From Escherichia phage vB_EcoM_Goslar, in the sequence record NC_048170.1: DNA of 64,000 nucleotides; one strand, 5' to 3'. Positions 55,510 to 64,000 of this stretch are shown here, in pieces. The position numbers and the translations under genes were made by a program. The notes under the pieces are model-generated. The model was not told where the DNA came from, made no database searches, and saw nothing but the letters and a program-made list of their open reading frames with translations. Position 1 is the stretch's first letter. Each line of letters opens with the position of its first letter.

Positions 55510-58500
55510 ATGGTAGATAAAACCCGTGTTGAGGGTGATGATAATTGGGATAACTGGGATGAAGACTTCTCCCTGGATCTCGATTTTAACGAACCCAAAG
55601 ACGATCGTAAACCGATAACACGCTTTGCGATAGGAGCGGTTAAAGGTGCTGCTGAGGATCTTACTTCCTACGAAAGAATGAAGGAGATCGCCAGAAACGC
55701 ATTGCCTAAGGGCTACAGCGACGGTATGGATCTTATCGATTCCGCCGTCGGATCCACGAAGGAACTATACAATGAAGCCGTTCGTGACGTTCTTCCTAAG
55801 GTCCAAAGCTCAAAACGGTTAGCAGCACAACTGACCAAGAAATACCGTGCGAGCATGCCCGATTTCTCGAAGAAAATTCTTGAGCAATGGGAGCGAGAAG
55901 CCAAGGAAGAAGACGAACGTAAACAAGCTGAAGAAGCCCTTCGTCAACGCATGGCGAGCGCGGGGGACGATGAGATCGCCCGCAAGGTTGCCGAGGCATT
56001 AGGCGAATCAGCAAACCAAAGCGCGGATCAGTTTGCTGAACAGCAAGCGAAAGAAAGTATCCGTGACGATATCGCTGACAAACGGTACGCTGTAACCAAC
56101 AAACAAATGAGTGCGATGCAAGAAGGCGTCGCCAAGATGGTTGGTTTCAACAATGAATTCGCTGCACGCTACATGCGTAAAAGCCTGGAACTGAAATATC
56201 GTTCCTTAGCGATTCAACGTGCAAGTTTCGATCAGCATAAAAAGTTAGCCGAAGTCTATATCGGTCTATTACAAAACATCCAGAAGAATACGGCTTTACC
56301 TGATGCAGCTAAAGCGAAGATGTCGGAAGAATTCCGTCGTAGTGCATACCAACGTTTCTTTGGTAATGCGTTAGATGCGATGGGTTCTTTCGAGAACCGT
56401 TTCTTTGCCGATGTTAAGAAGAACCTCGCCACCAACGCATTAGGTGCTTTAAAAGGCGTCGTGTCTGGCGCAAACGATGCGTTATACGGTTTAAACGAAG
56501 CACGTGACTCGATGTCCATGATGGACGGGATGGGGTCAGAAGGCGATATTAAGGAAATGCAAGGAAGGATGTTGGGTCAGTTCATTGGCTCAACTGTCGC
56601 GCCGTGGATGGCTAATAAAGGCAGGATGGCGTTACGCGATTTAGCAAAACGTCACCCCAATGCTAAATTCGCAGGTGCGTTAAAAGCCGTGGATCAAGGT
56701 GGTGAGGCTGCCGCTTACACGACGCGTAATCTCGGTAAACTGCTCCAGGAAGATATTCGTAAGAACGAATTCAATCTTAGCGATCCATTTTACAAGCAAT
56801 TGTTACGCGGCGCAGGGCGTTGGGCGTTCAACATGGACAGCGGACGTAACTTCCGTGTGATGAACGACACCGCTGAAACACTGGCAGAGCAAACATCTTT
56901 CGACGGTTTAACCTACCGCAGCATCAACGAGGTTATTCCGGGCTTTCTTGCACGCATTCTGAAAAGCAGTGAGGGTATCCGCACCGGAAACAGCGATCCT
57001 GACTACGAGGTCTATGACGGCATCAGCGGGCAATTCGTGGCTCAGCGCACGCGCGAACAAAGCGTCAACGACACGCTGTTTAACAAACGTTCGTTTGGTT
57101 ATTACGCAAGCCGTTTCAATGAGGTTATCTCGGTCATCGATCCCGATAAACAATTATCGGAAAAAGCCAGAAAGGCGCTGGCCAAGCAGTTGGCACGAGA
57201 TAGCGACGCAAACATTGCATTCGACCCAGCTCGTTTTACGGATGAAAGCAACTTCGATCGTAGTATCGACCGTGACGCTATTAAGGAACTTTCCACATAC
57301 TTTCGAGACCGTTACGGTATTCGTGATGATGTCAACGATAAGGGCGAACGTCATCAGGTCATTGGAAACCGCGGGCAATATTACACGGAACGTAACCGAG
57401 CTGACCTTCGCTACGGAAATCTGAAATCGTTACAACCGGATATTCAGCGTAACCTTAACCTACTGAAACGTACTGGTGACGTCCAATATCTGGAACGTAT
57501 CGGTATCGTAACGAGAAATAGCGACGGAAGCTACTCAGTTAATCACGATCGGTATTTCTCTGAAATCGATCGATACATCGACCGACCGGAGTACGCTGAC
57601 CGCGGCGATGTTAATACGCGATTAACCGCTCAGGAAACAAGAGCGCTGGCGTTGGGTTATCGTGACGCAAAACCATCAACTGGTGACGTCCAAAATGCGG
57701 GTCTGCCGAACATCGATCGTAAGGCTGCTGGAACAGTAACCGTTGATGAAAACATCGGCTACGATAAATGGTGGAACGACGCTGGCGTTATCACTACATC
57801 GCTTGAAGAACAGAATCGAGCATGGCAAGAACTCTATCTCGAAGCGTTATCTGAAGCATCCGAACAACGTGTCGAAATGCTTGCGTTGCTGAAAGCCATT
57901 TCTGAGAAAGACTGGTCTAATAACGTTTCGCTGGATGGTGAAGACGTACCTGAAGGTGCAGCGCCCATTTCATTTATCGATCGCGCCAAACAAAAACTCG
58001 GCGGACGCAACCTCTTTAAAGGTGGCCGTAATCTCCTCTGGAAAGGAATTAAAAATACCGCACGATTGGGTGTTAAAGGCGCACGTTGGGGTGCAGAACG
58101 TACATTAGGTAGTTTGGTAAATTCCGGCCGACGTATTATCAATTTCAACCGTTTTGTGTTCGGCGCATTATCCAAGGTCGATCAGGTTCCGTTTGACATT
58201 TACGTTAAAGGGGAATCCCAACCACGCATACTGGCTGCCAAACTTCGTCAGGGGTTATACTTCGACGAGGCGACAGGAAAAGCCGTAAAACGGATGAAGG
58301 ATATCAAAGGCCCACTCGTTGATGCGGATGGAAACGTCGTAATCAGCAACGAGGATATCGAGAAAGGGCTGGTCACTCGCGCTGGTCGTGCCTTTGAGAA
58401 TTCAGGACTTAAGGCGTGGGCGCATGAAGGTCTTAATGGAATAACGACGGTATTAAGTCTGCCACGGATGTTAAAACGCGGTGCGGTTGAGATCTACAAA

Positions 58501-61500
58501 CAGCTTGACAGAACACCCGACGTTTACGTCAAGGGAGAATCAACGCCTCGTCTATTATCCATGGTGTTAGCAGCGGGTGGGTATTTCCGTCGCTCTGATG
58601 GGCAAGTCATCAAAAATCTTGAAGACATCGATGGTGATGTTGTTGATGCACAAGGTAACGTCGTACTTACGCTTGCCGACATGCAGAAAGGACTTGTCGA
58701 TAAATACGGTAAAGCGATTCGTCGCTTAAAAGAAAAGCTCATCAACTTCGGTGTGAAAGCTTTCACGTTACCGTTAACCTTACTACGCAAGACAAAGGAC
58801 ATCCTTAAAGCCCTTCCAGGTAAAACCGTTAACGGTCTACGACGGATGGGATTAAATTTCCAATCACCTGACGCATTACTGGTGGGAACAACGTCGAGCA
58901 TGGTAGATCGGCTCGATGCGATTTACCAGCTTCTTGACCAGCGTATGCCGGGTGGTGATAAGGATTACCGCGATTGGGATGGCGATGGTGTTCGAGAAGG
59001 ATCGTTGGAAGACCTGAAACGTAAACGTGCAGCCAAGGAAAACGGTGAGGATGACGCAGGCAAAGATTCCAATAAAGGGGAAGAAAAGGAGAAGAAACGA
59101 GGATTACTCGGAAGCCTTTTCGATATGCTCGGCGATACCGCATTAGGTAAACGCCTCATGGCGAGTCCGCTTGGAAAAATTCTAGGTGGTCTTGGGGCGG
59201 TGTTAAGCGGCGGTGCATCGTTAACCGGGTTGTTGGGCAAAGGTCTCATTAGAGGAACCGGTGCACTGGTCAAGGGAGGACTAAGTGCGGCAGGATGGTT
59301 AGGACGTGGTGCGTTAATGGCGGGCGGGGCCGCATTGAACGCCGTTGGTGGGTTATCGGGATTAGGTGCATTCCTCATCTCACCTGTTGGGCTTGCTATC
59401 GCTGGCGGCGCATTGGCTGCTTATGCTGGATGGAAGATCTATCAGCATTTCGCCGAGAAGCCTGACCCGATGCAGAAGCTCCGTCTTATCGCATACGGTG
59501 TAAAAGGTGACGATAAAGACTTCAATAAGAAGCTGCTTGCGACAGAAACATACCTCACCGACCATGTGGTTATGACCGGGGATACCATCGGATTCGATCC
59601 GAAAGCCGATTCTGAAAAGATTCTCGAAATCTGGGAATTGTCCCTGGAAGATTCCGACCGAATGAACGAATGGAAACGTTGGTATCTACATCGTTTTATT
59701 CCTGTTTTCGCTCGTGCGTACAAACTCTGGAAAGAGCATATGCCGGACGAGAAGAAATACATGGAAATGGATAAATATCCAAACGGTGAGAACAAAGTGA
59801 AATGGTCGGAAGCGTTTATCTGGCCTTCCGATAGTCCTGATGGTCCGTATTACGTCGAAGCTAACCCGTTGGGTTCTTCTGGTGCGACGCGTTATATTGC
59901 TGGTCAAGACGTCAAAACCTTGATGCTGAAACAACTCGAAGCCATCAAGAAAGAGTACCAGAATCAGATTAAGCAATACTCTCATGATGAGGCTATTGCT
60001 GATTGGTCACGGATGTCTGACACACAACGTAAATCCGTTGCGCCTAACGCATTACGCGGTCAGAAAGCGTCGTTACGTTTTAACGATAAACGTTACAACA
60101 GTGCTGGCGCTAAAGGACGACAGAAACTGGATGCAACCGCGGTTATTGAAAGCGTAGACCGCCGCGGCAGGAAATGGGTTGCCGGTGGATACATCGATGA
60201 ACTCACCAGTCTCCGTGTTCGCGCGTACGGTATCAAGGTTCCGTTGTTAAGCCAGATAAAAGTGCTGATGGAACTTGAAGACGCTGTAGAACCTGGCGTT
60301 GTCGCTGAAGGTAAAGGTGTTAAATACGGTGGCGATCTTGTCGCGCTCTACAAGAAATTCGCGACGAAGTTCGGAAGAGACGTTAACAGCAAGCATGATC
60401 AGGATATCTGGTTTGCTTGGATGAATAACCGTTTCCTGCCCGTCTTTTTAACCTATTACCAACAAGTTAGCGAAATGGGCGGTCAAGGACTTCTGTCCGA
60501 CGTGGTACAGAACCTGAAAGACAGCCAGCGTTGGGAAATCGGTGAAGCACTTGTCGCAACGCAATACCGTGATGAGAAAGGTGCATTACAGCCTGTATGG
60601 TCGTGGAACAGTTGTGGTTTCTCCGGTACTGAAGCTAACACCACCAGCAGTTCAACAAAGAGCCAACTCGATCTGTTAAAAGAATATGCGGATAAAGAGA
60701 AGGTTCGTGAGAAGAACGCGGAAGCATCGCAAGAGGATACCGATAAATTATCGAAGATCCAAGAGCTGATGATGAAGCAGGCTGGGTACGAGAAGAAAGA
60801 CGGTGTCTGGCAGAAGAAATCTCGCATTACTGGTGGGATGAGTAACTCCGAAGCGAATTACAACCCCAATGGGAATAAGGTCGGTGCAAGCAGCTTTACT
60901 GCTTCGGCTACTTCCAATGCGGGATTGGGATCAACCGGCGATCTTACTGGATTGCCTAACATGGGCTTACAGAAACCGGCAACGGGACCGGGTCCTGAAG
61001 CTGGACGTCGTGCGCTTGTTAAATCCGCTGTAAAACGCGGTATTACCGATCCAATGGAAATGGCGATGTTCCTTGCGAACATCGAACATGAATCGGGGAA
61101 CTACACTCACGTACGTGAGGGGAACTATAAGACACCTGAGCGTCTTAAACAGGTCTTCCCTTACAAATTCCGTGATGTGCAGGATGCCGCACAGACGATC
61201 AGCATGGGGCCGGAAGCGGTATTCGAACGTGTGTATGGTAATCGTAAAGACCTAGGAAACACACAGAAAGGAGACGGGGCGAAGTATTTAGGACGTGGAT
61301 TCATTCAGGTTACCGGTAAAGCTAACTACGCTCGTCTGTCTAAGACCTTGAATAAGGATCTTGTCAGCGATCCGACATACCTGGAAACGCCGGAAGGTGC
61401 AGCGGAAGGTAGTGTTGCATGGTGGCTCAACCGAGGTAACGTATTACGCGATCCCGCAAAACGGGGTGACGTGCGCCAAGTTCGTTATCTGGTTAATGGT

Positions 61501-62175
61501 GGCTATAACGGATTACGTGATGTTGAACAACGTTCTGCATATTGGATTCAGGCGGCTAAGAATGGCACCCTGAAGAAAATGATGGACGAGTTATCAGGGT
61601 CAACATCAGACGATCAAGCTGAAGGACCGACCACTGCCGAACAGGTGAAGAACGAAGCAGCACAAGAGGCAAACGGAACACCAGCTGTAAGCAACGATCC
61701 GCAAGCCCCAGTATCTTCTACTACCCCTGAAGCTAAACCGTCTGCAGCTGCCGGGACGGCCCCAGCACCTGGAGAAGCATCACCAACGCCTGGAAGTTTC
61801 GAAACAGCAAAAGCCGCGGCAGGACAACCGACATCAACTCCAGCACCTAGCGATTTGCCGTCAAACCCGGGCGCAAATCGAGGGATATCGGTTCCGAATA
61901 CGCCTGCACAGGTTGCACAGTCTGCGACACAAACGTCGGCTGCAAGTGAGAACTTCTACGGTAGCGCAGGTGAAATTCTCCGACAGCAGCTGACCACGCA
62001 GCAGAACATCGAGAAGAACACCGGTAGAACGAATGAACTTATTTCGGAATTAATCCAAGCCGTTAAGGGTTCTTCTATCGGTAAGGGTTCTGCAGGTCCT
62101 TCTCAACAACAGACGATGTCGCTACCTAATCGTCCGCAAGGAATCTCTCCAACACGGACAAGGTACGCACAGTAG
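55510..62175 (+). CDS. giant virion-associated peptidoglycan hydrolase with C-terminal GH19 domain (phiKZ gp181-like); start trimmed
   Basis: ORF track 55393..62175 (2260 aa); ATG at 55510 follows CUGGAGGUAUAC. C-terminal GH19 signatures FLANIEHESGNY, YLGRGFIQVTGKANY, VAWWLNRG (about 61000..61570); Gly/Ala-rich hydrophobic segment (about 59160..59450). Confidence 0.8.
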   Translation: MVDKTRVEGDDNWDNWDEDFSLDLDFNEPKDDRKPITRFAIGAVKGAAEDLTSYERMKEIARNALPKGYSDGMDLIDSAVGSTKELYNEAVRDVLPKVQSSKRLAAQLTKKYRASMPDFSKKILEQWEREAKEEDERKQAEEALRQRMASAGDDEIARKVAEALGESANQSADQFAEQQAKESIRDDIADKRYAVTNKQMSAMQEGVAKMVGFNNEFAARYMRKSLELKYRSLAIQRASFDQHKKLAEVYIGLLQNIQKNTALPDAAKAKMSEEFRRSAYQRFFGNALDAMGSFENRFFADVKKNLATNALGALKGVVSGANDALYGLNEARDSMSMMDGMGSEGDIKEMQGRMLGQFIGSTVAPWMANKGRMALRDLAKRHPNAKFAGALKAVDQGGEAAAYTTRNLGKLLQEDIRKNEFNLSDPFYKQLLRGAGRWAFNMDSGRNFRVMNDTAETLAEQTSFDGLTYRSINEVIPGFLARILKSSEGIRTGNSDPDYEVYDGISGQFVAQRTREQSVNDTLFNKRSFGYYASRFNEVISVIDPDKQLSEKARKALAKQLARDSDANIAFDPARFTDESNFDRSIDRDAIKELSTYFRDRYGIRDDVNDKGERHQVIGNRGQYYTERNRADLRYGNLKSLQPDIQRNLNLLKRTGDVQYLERIGIVTRNSDGSYSVNHDRYFSEIDRYIDRPEYADRGDVNTRLTAQETRALALGYRDAKPSTGDVQNAGLPNIDRKAAGTVTVDENIGYDKWWNDAGVITTSLEEQNRAWQELYLEALSEASEQRVEMLALLKAISEKDWSNNVSLDGEDVPEGAAPISFIDRAKQKLGGRNLFKGGRNLLWKGIKNTARLGVKGARWGAERTLGSLVNSGRRIINFNRFVFGALSKVDQVPFDIYVKGESQPRILAAKLRQGLYFDEATGKAVKRMKDIKGPLVDADGNVVISNEDIEKGLVTRAGRAFENSGLKAWAHEGLNGITTVLSLPRMLKRGAVEIYKQLDRTPDVYVKGESTPRLLSMVLAAGGYFRRSDGQVIKNLEDIDGDVVDAQGNVVLTLADMQKGLVDKYGKAIRRLKEKLINFGVKAFTLPLTLLRKTKDILKALPGKTVNGLRRMGLNFQSPDALLVGTTSSMVDRLDAIYQLLDQRMPGGDKDYRDWDGDGVREGSLEDLKRKRAAKENGEDDAGKDSNKGEEKEKKRGLLGSLFDMLGDTALGKRLMASPLGKILGGLGAVLSGGASLTGLLGKGLIRGTGALVKGGLSAAGWLGRGALMAGGAALNAVGGLSGLGAFLISPVGLAIAGGALAAYAGWKIYQHFAEKPDPMQKLRLIAYGVKGDDKDFNKKLLATETYLTDHVVMTGDTIGFDPKADSEKILEIWELSLEDSDRMNEWKRWYLHRFIPVFARAYKLWKEHMPDEKKYMEMDKYPNGENKVKWSEAFIWPSDSPDGPYYVEANPLGSSGATRYIAGQDVKTLMLKQLEAIKKEYQNQIKQYSHDEAIADWSRMSDTQRKSVAPNALRGQKASLRFNDKRYNSAGAKGRQKLDATAVIESVDRRGRKWVAGGYIDELTSLRVRAYGIKVPLLSQIKVLMELEDAVEPGVVAEGKGVKYGGDLVALYKKFATKFGRDVNSKHDQDIWFAWMNNRFLPVFLTYYQQVSEMGGQGLLSDVVQNLKDSQRWEIGEALVATQYRDEKGALQPVWSWNSCGFSGTEANTTSSSTKSQLDLLKEYADKEKVREKNAEASQEDTDKLSKIQELMMKQAGYEKKDGVWQKKSRITGGMSNSEANYNPNGNKVGASSFTASATSNAGLGSTGDLTGLPNMGLQKPATGPGPEAGRRALVKSAVKRGITDPMEMAMFLANIEHESGNYTHVREGNYKTPERLKQVFPYKFRDVQDAAQTISMGPEAVFERVYGNRKDLGNTQKGDGAKYLGRGFIQVTGKANYARLSKTLNKDLVSDPTYLETPEGAAEGSVAWWLNRGNVLRDPAKRGDVRQVRYLVNGGYNGLRDVEQRSAYWIQAAKNGTLKKMMDELSGSTSDDQAEGPTTAEQVKNEAAQEANGTPAVSNDPQAPVSSTTPEAKPSAAAGTAPAPGEASPTPGSFETAKAAAGQPTSTPAPSDLPSNPGANRGISVPNTPAQVAQSATQTSAASENFYGSAGEILRQQLTTQQNIEKNTGRTNELISELIQAVKGSSIGKGSAGPSQQQTMSLPNRPQGISPTRTRYAQ

Positions 62176-62185
62176 TCATTAGTTA

Positions 62186-62206
62186 AGGGCGGGAATCTCC
62201 CGCCCT
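62186..62206 (+). terminator. hairpin terminator after the giant virion protein gene
   Basis: agggcggga-atc-tcccgccct followed by cttcttg. Confidence 0.45.
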
Positions 62207-62224
62207 CTTCTTGAGGAATGTTAC

Positions 62225-64000
62225 ATGGGTATTCTTGTTCAAAACGCCCTAATTACCAAACAAGCGTTTTTATTACCAGGCGATAGCAGCACGCTTAGTG
62301 CCGACATGATTAAAGCGAGACATACACCGTATTCCTACGATAACGTCGATGATACCACCTTAGGTGGGAACTGGGTGCTTAACCCACCGCCGCAATATAC
62401 CAAATTTGCCGACATCAAAGAACGCCGACGTGCGGTTATGCCGGGATCAACGGGCATGGGTCGAGGCTATAGTGAAAGCATTAACAGCTTTAAAGAGGTC
62501 GTTACGTTACGATTCGGTAAACCTCGCTTTACAGGCGCAAGTATCTTCTTTACTGATTTCTACGATGCGGATGTTGCCGTAACGGTTAAAACCGGTCGCG
62601 ATCCCGGTATCCTTTATTACGCAGCCAAAGCGTATACCACCGTTCTTTCTTACCTCACACCTCTACCCTACTTGTATATGGTTGGACGTATTGGTCGATA
62701 TTTCCTGGGTAAGCCTACCAGTCAATATTACTATCAAGTACCAACCATGCATGTGTATTGGGCGTCTTTCCAGACGCTGGTAAACCAAACAGCGATAAAC
62801 ATGGGTCTTATCGCCGGTGCCGGTAAAGATAAAGGCTACGTGGAAGAAGGAGGTACCGTACTCCATCAATATTCAATCGGTGGTCAGAACGTTGAAGAAT
62901 TCATCAACTACGCGTCTAAGACGCTACCTGGGATTTATAAGAAAGGTGGTGGGATCGATATCTACCAGATTGCAACACGTCGTCAGCGTATACAGAACGC
63001 ATGGGTACGTCGTATTCAATCCATGATGGAAAACGATTACTCGTCTTACGAAGAATTCTGGAACGATCTTGATAAACGACTTGATAGCGGAGCGTTTCCA
63101 TCGGATGTAACCGGCCGTACGCTAACGCAGTATCTCGCCGACACACAGAAGTCTGCTGTTTACAGCGCGACAGCTGGTGATAATAAACAAACGATGGACG
63201 ACCTTTTATTCGGAAGGGCCTCGTACACCAATAAAGATGCTGACGCCAACTTCAATGTCTCAGCGGCTACCTCCGACGGAGGTACGTCAACACAGAGTCA
63301 GGGTACAACAGCCAATGTCGGTAATTCAACGTCAGGGACAACACAGGCTTCAACAGCAGCATCAACAGCTGGAGGCGCGAACGTACAGAGCAAAGGAATC
63401 GGGCAAACGAACGCAGCCGAAGAAGCTACGTTTCTTGATCTGATGGATGCTGAATTGGCCGACGGTGCTCAGTTCATCAGTTTTCGAGTCGATTCTGTCA
63501 CCAGTGTAACCGAAACGTTTTCAAACAGCGCTTCAGAAAGTTCTATCGCGCAGACGATGAACAGTCGTGCGCAAGCGAACATCGAACGTCGTTTCACCCT
63601 CTCCGGTGGTAATACCGGTTGGGCTGTACTGGACGAAGCCATCAAAGCCGGTTCCGACCTCGTCAATGGTGCTATTTCCGGGATGGGTCTGGATGGTATT
63701 TTTGGTGCCTTCATGGGTTCCGGCTTCGCTGACATTCCGAAATTCTATTCTGGTTCATCGGTAAGTCTTCCGCGTGCAGATCTGACGATGGAATTACGTT
63801 CCTGGAGTGGGGATCGCTGGTCGATCTTTACGAACCTCATGGTACCTCTTTTAGCGATCCTTGCAGGCGGTTTGCCTCAGGCTACCGGTAAATCGTCCTA
63901 CGGGATGCCGTTCATGTGTGAGTGTTATATTCCCGGTAAAGTCCAGATTAAAATGGGCCTTATCGACAACATCACTGTGACGCGTCATGTTGGAAACGTG
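62225..64000 (+). CDS. hypothetical protein (likely virion structural), N-terminal 592 codons; continues beyond window end
   Basis: Open frame from ATG at 62225 (MGILVQNALITKQAFLLPGD...) to the window edge without a stop; co-oriented with the giant virion protein. Confidence 0.6.
   Translation, partial: MGILVQNALITKQAFLLPGDSSTLSADMIKARHTPYSYDNVDDTTLGGNWVLNPPPQYTKFADIKERRRAVMPGSTGMGRGYSESINSFKEVVTLRFGKPRFTGASIFFTDFYDADVAVTVKTGRDPGILYYAAKAYTTVLSYLTPLPYLYMVGRIGRYFLGKPTSQYYYQVPTMHVYWASFQTLVNQTAINMGLIAGAGKDKGYVEEGGTVLHQYSIGGQNVEEFINYASKTLPGIYKKGGGIDIYQIATRRQRIQNAWVRRIQSMMENDYSSYEEFWNDLDKRLDSGAFPSDVTGRTLTQYLADTQKSAVYSATAGDNKQTMDDLLFGRASYTNKDADANFNVSAATSDGGTSTQSQGTTANVGNSTSGTTQASTAASTAGGANVQSKGIGQTNAAEEATFLDLMDAELADGAQFISFRVDSVTSVTETFSNSASESSIAQTMNSRAQANIERRFTLSGGNTGWAVLDEAIKAGSDLVNGAISGMGLDGIFGAFMGSGFADIPKFYSGSSVSLPRADLTMELRSWSGDRWSIFTNLMVPLLAILAGGLPQATGKSSYGMPFMCECYIPGKVQIKMGLIDNITVTRHVGNV

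Noticed and set aside
55257-55598. 113-aa minus-strand ORF across the divergent region at 55300..55500
   Set aside because: Overlaps the start of the plus-strand giant gene and the RBS region of the beta' gene; Ser-rich translation; better explained as intergenic plus antisense sequence.
56256-59985. Multiple 60 to 137-aa minus-strand ORFs inside the 2221-aa virion protein gene
   Set aside because: All are antisense to a continuous plus-strand gene with clear domain signatures; translations are Pro/Arg/Ser-rich.
1-64000. CRISPR arrays, tRNA or rRNA genes
   Set aside because: No regularly spaced direct repeats, no cloverleaf-sized structured gaps with anticodon-arm features, and no rRNA-like stretches were seen; the intergenic gaps are accounted for by terminators, promoters or introns.

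Overview
This window looks like part of a phiKZ-like, nucleus-forming jumbo phage genome (Chimalliviridae-type), about 80% coding, with most genes on the minus strand. I base that on reading the ORF translations for motifs, not on any database search. Recognisable genes include a PhuZ-like tubulin, a probable chimallin shell protein, a large terminase, a tail sheath/tube pair, a 2221-aa virion protein with a C-terminal GH19 lysozyme domain, and pieces of two split multisubunit RNA polymerases. The most interesting result: both RNAP beta' N-terminal genes are interrupted at the catalytic NADFDGD site by group I introns carrying HNH homing endonuclease genes. All four conserved core elements (P, Q, R, S) are readable on the minus strand in three places. 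In the first locus, two adjacent introns appear to flank a 13-nt micro-exon encoding the DGD of the active site. Splice sites are hand-derived and need RNA evidence. GC-rich hairpin terminators recur between genes. No tRNA, rRNA or CRISPR array was found.
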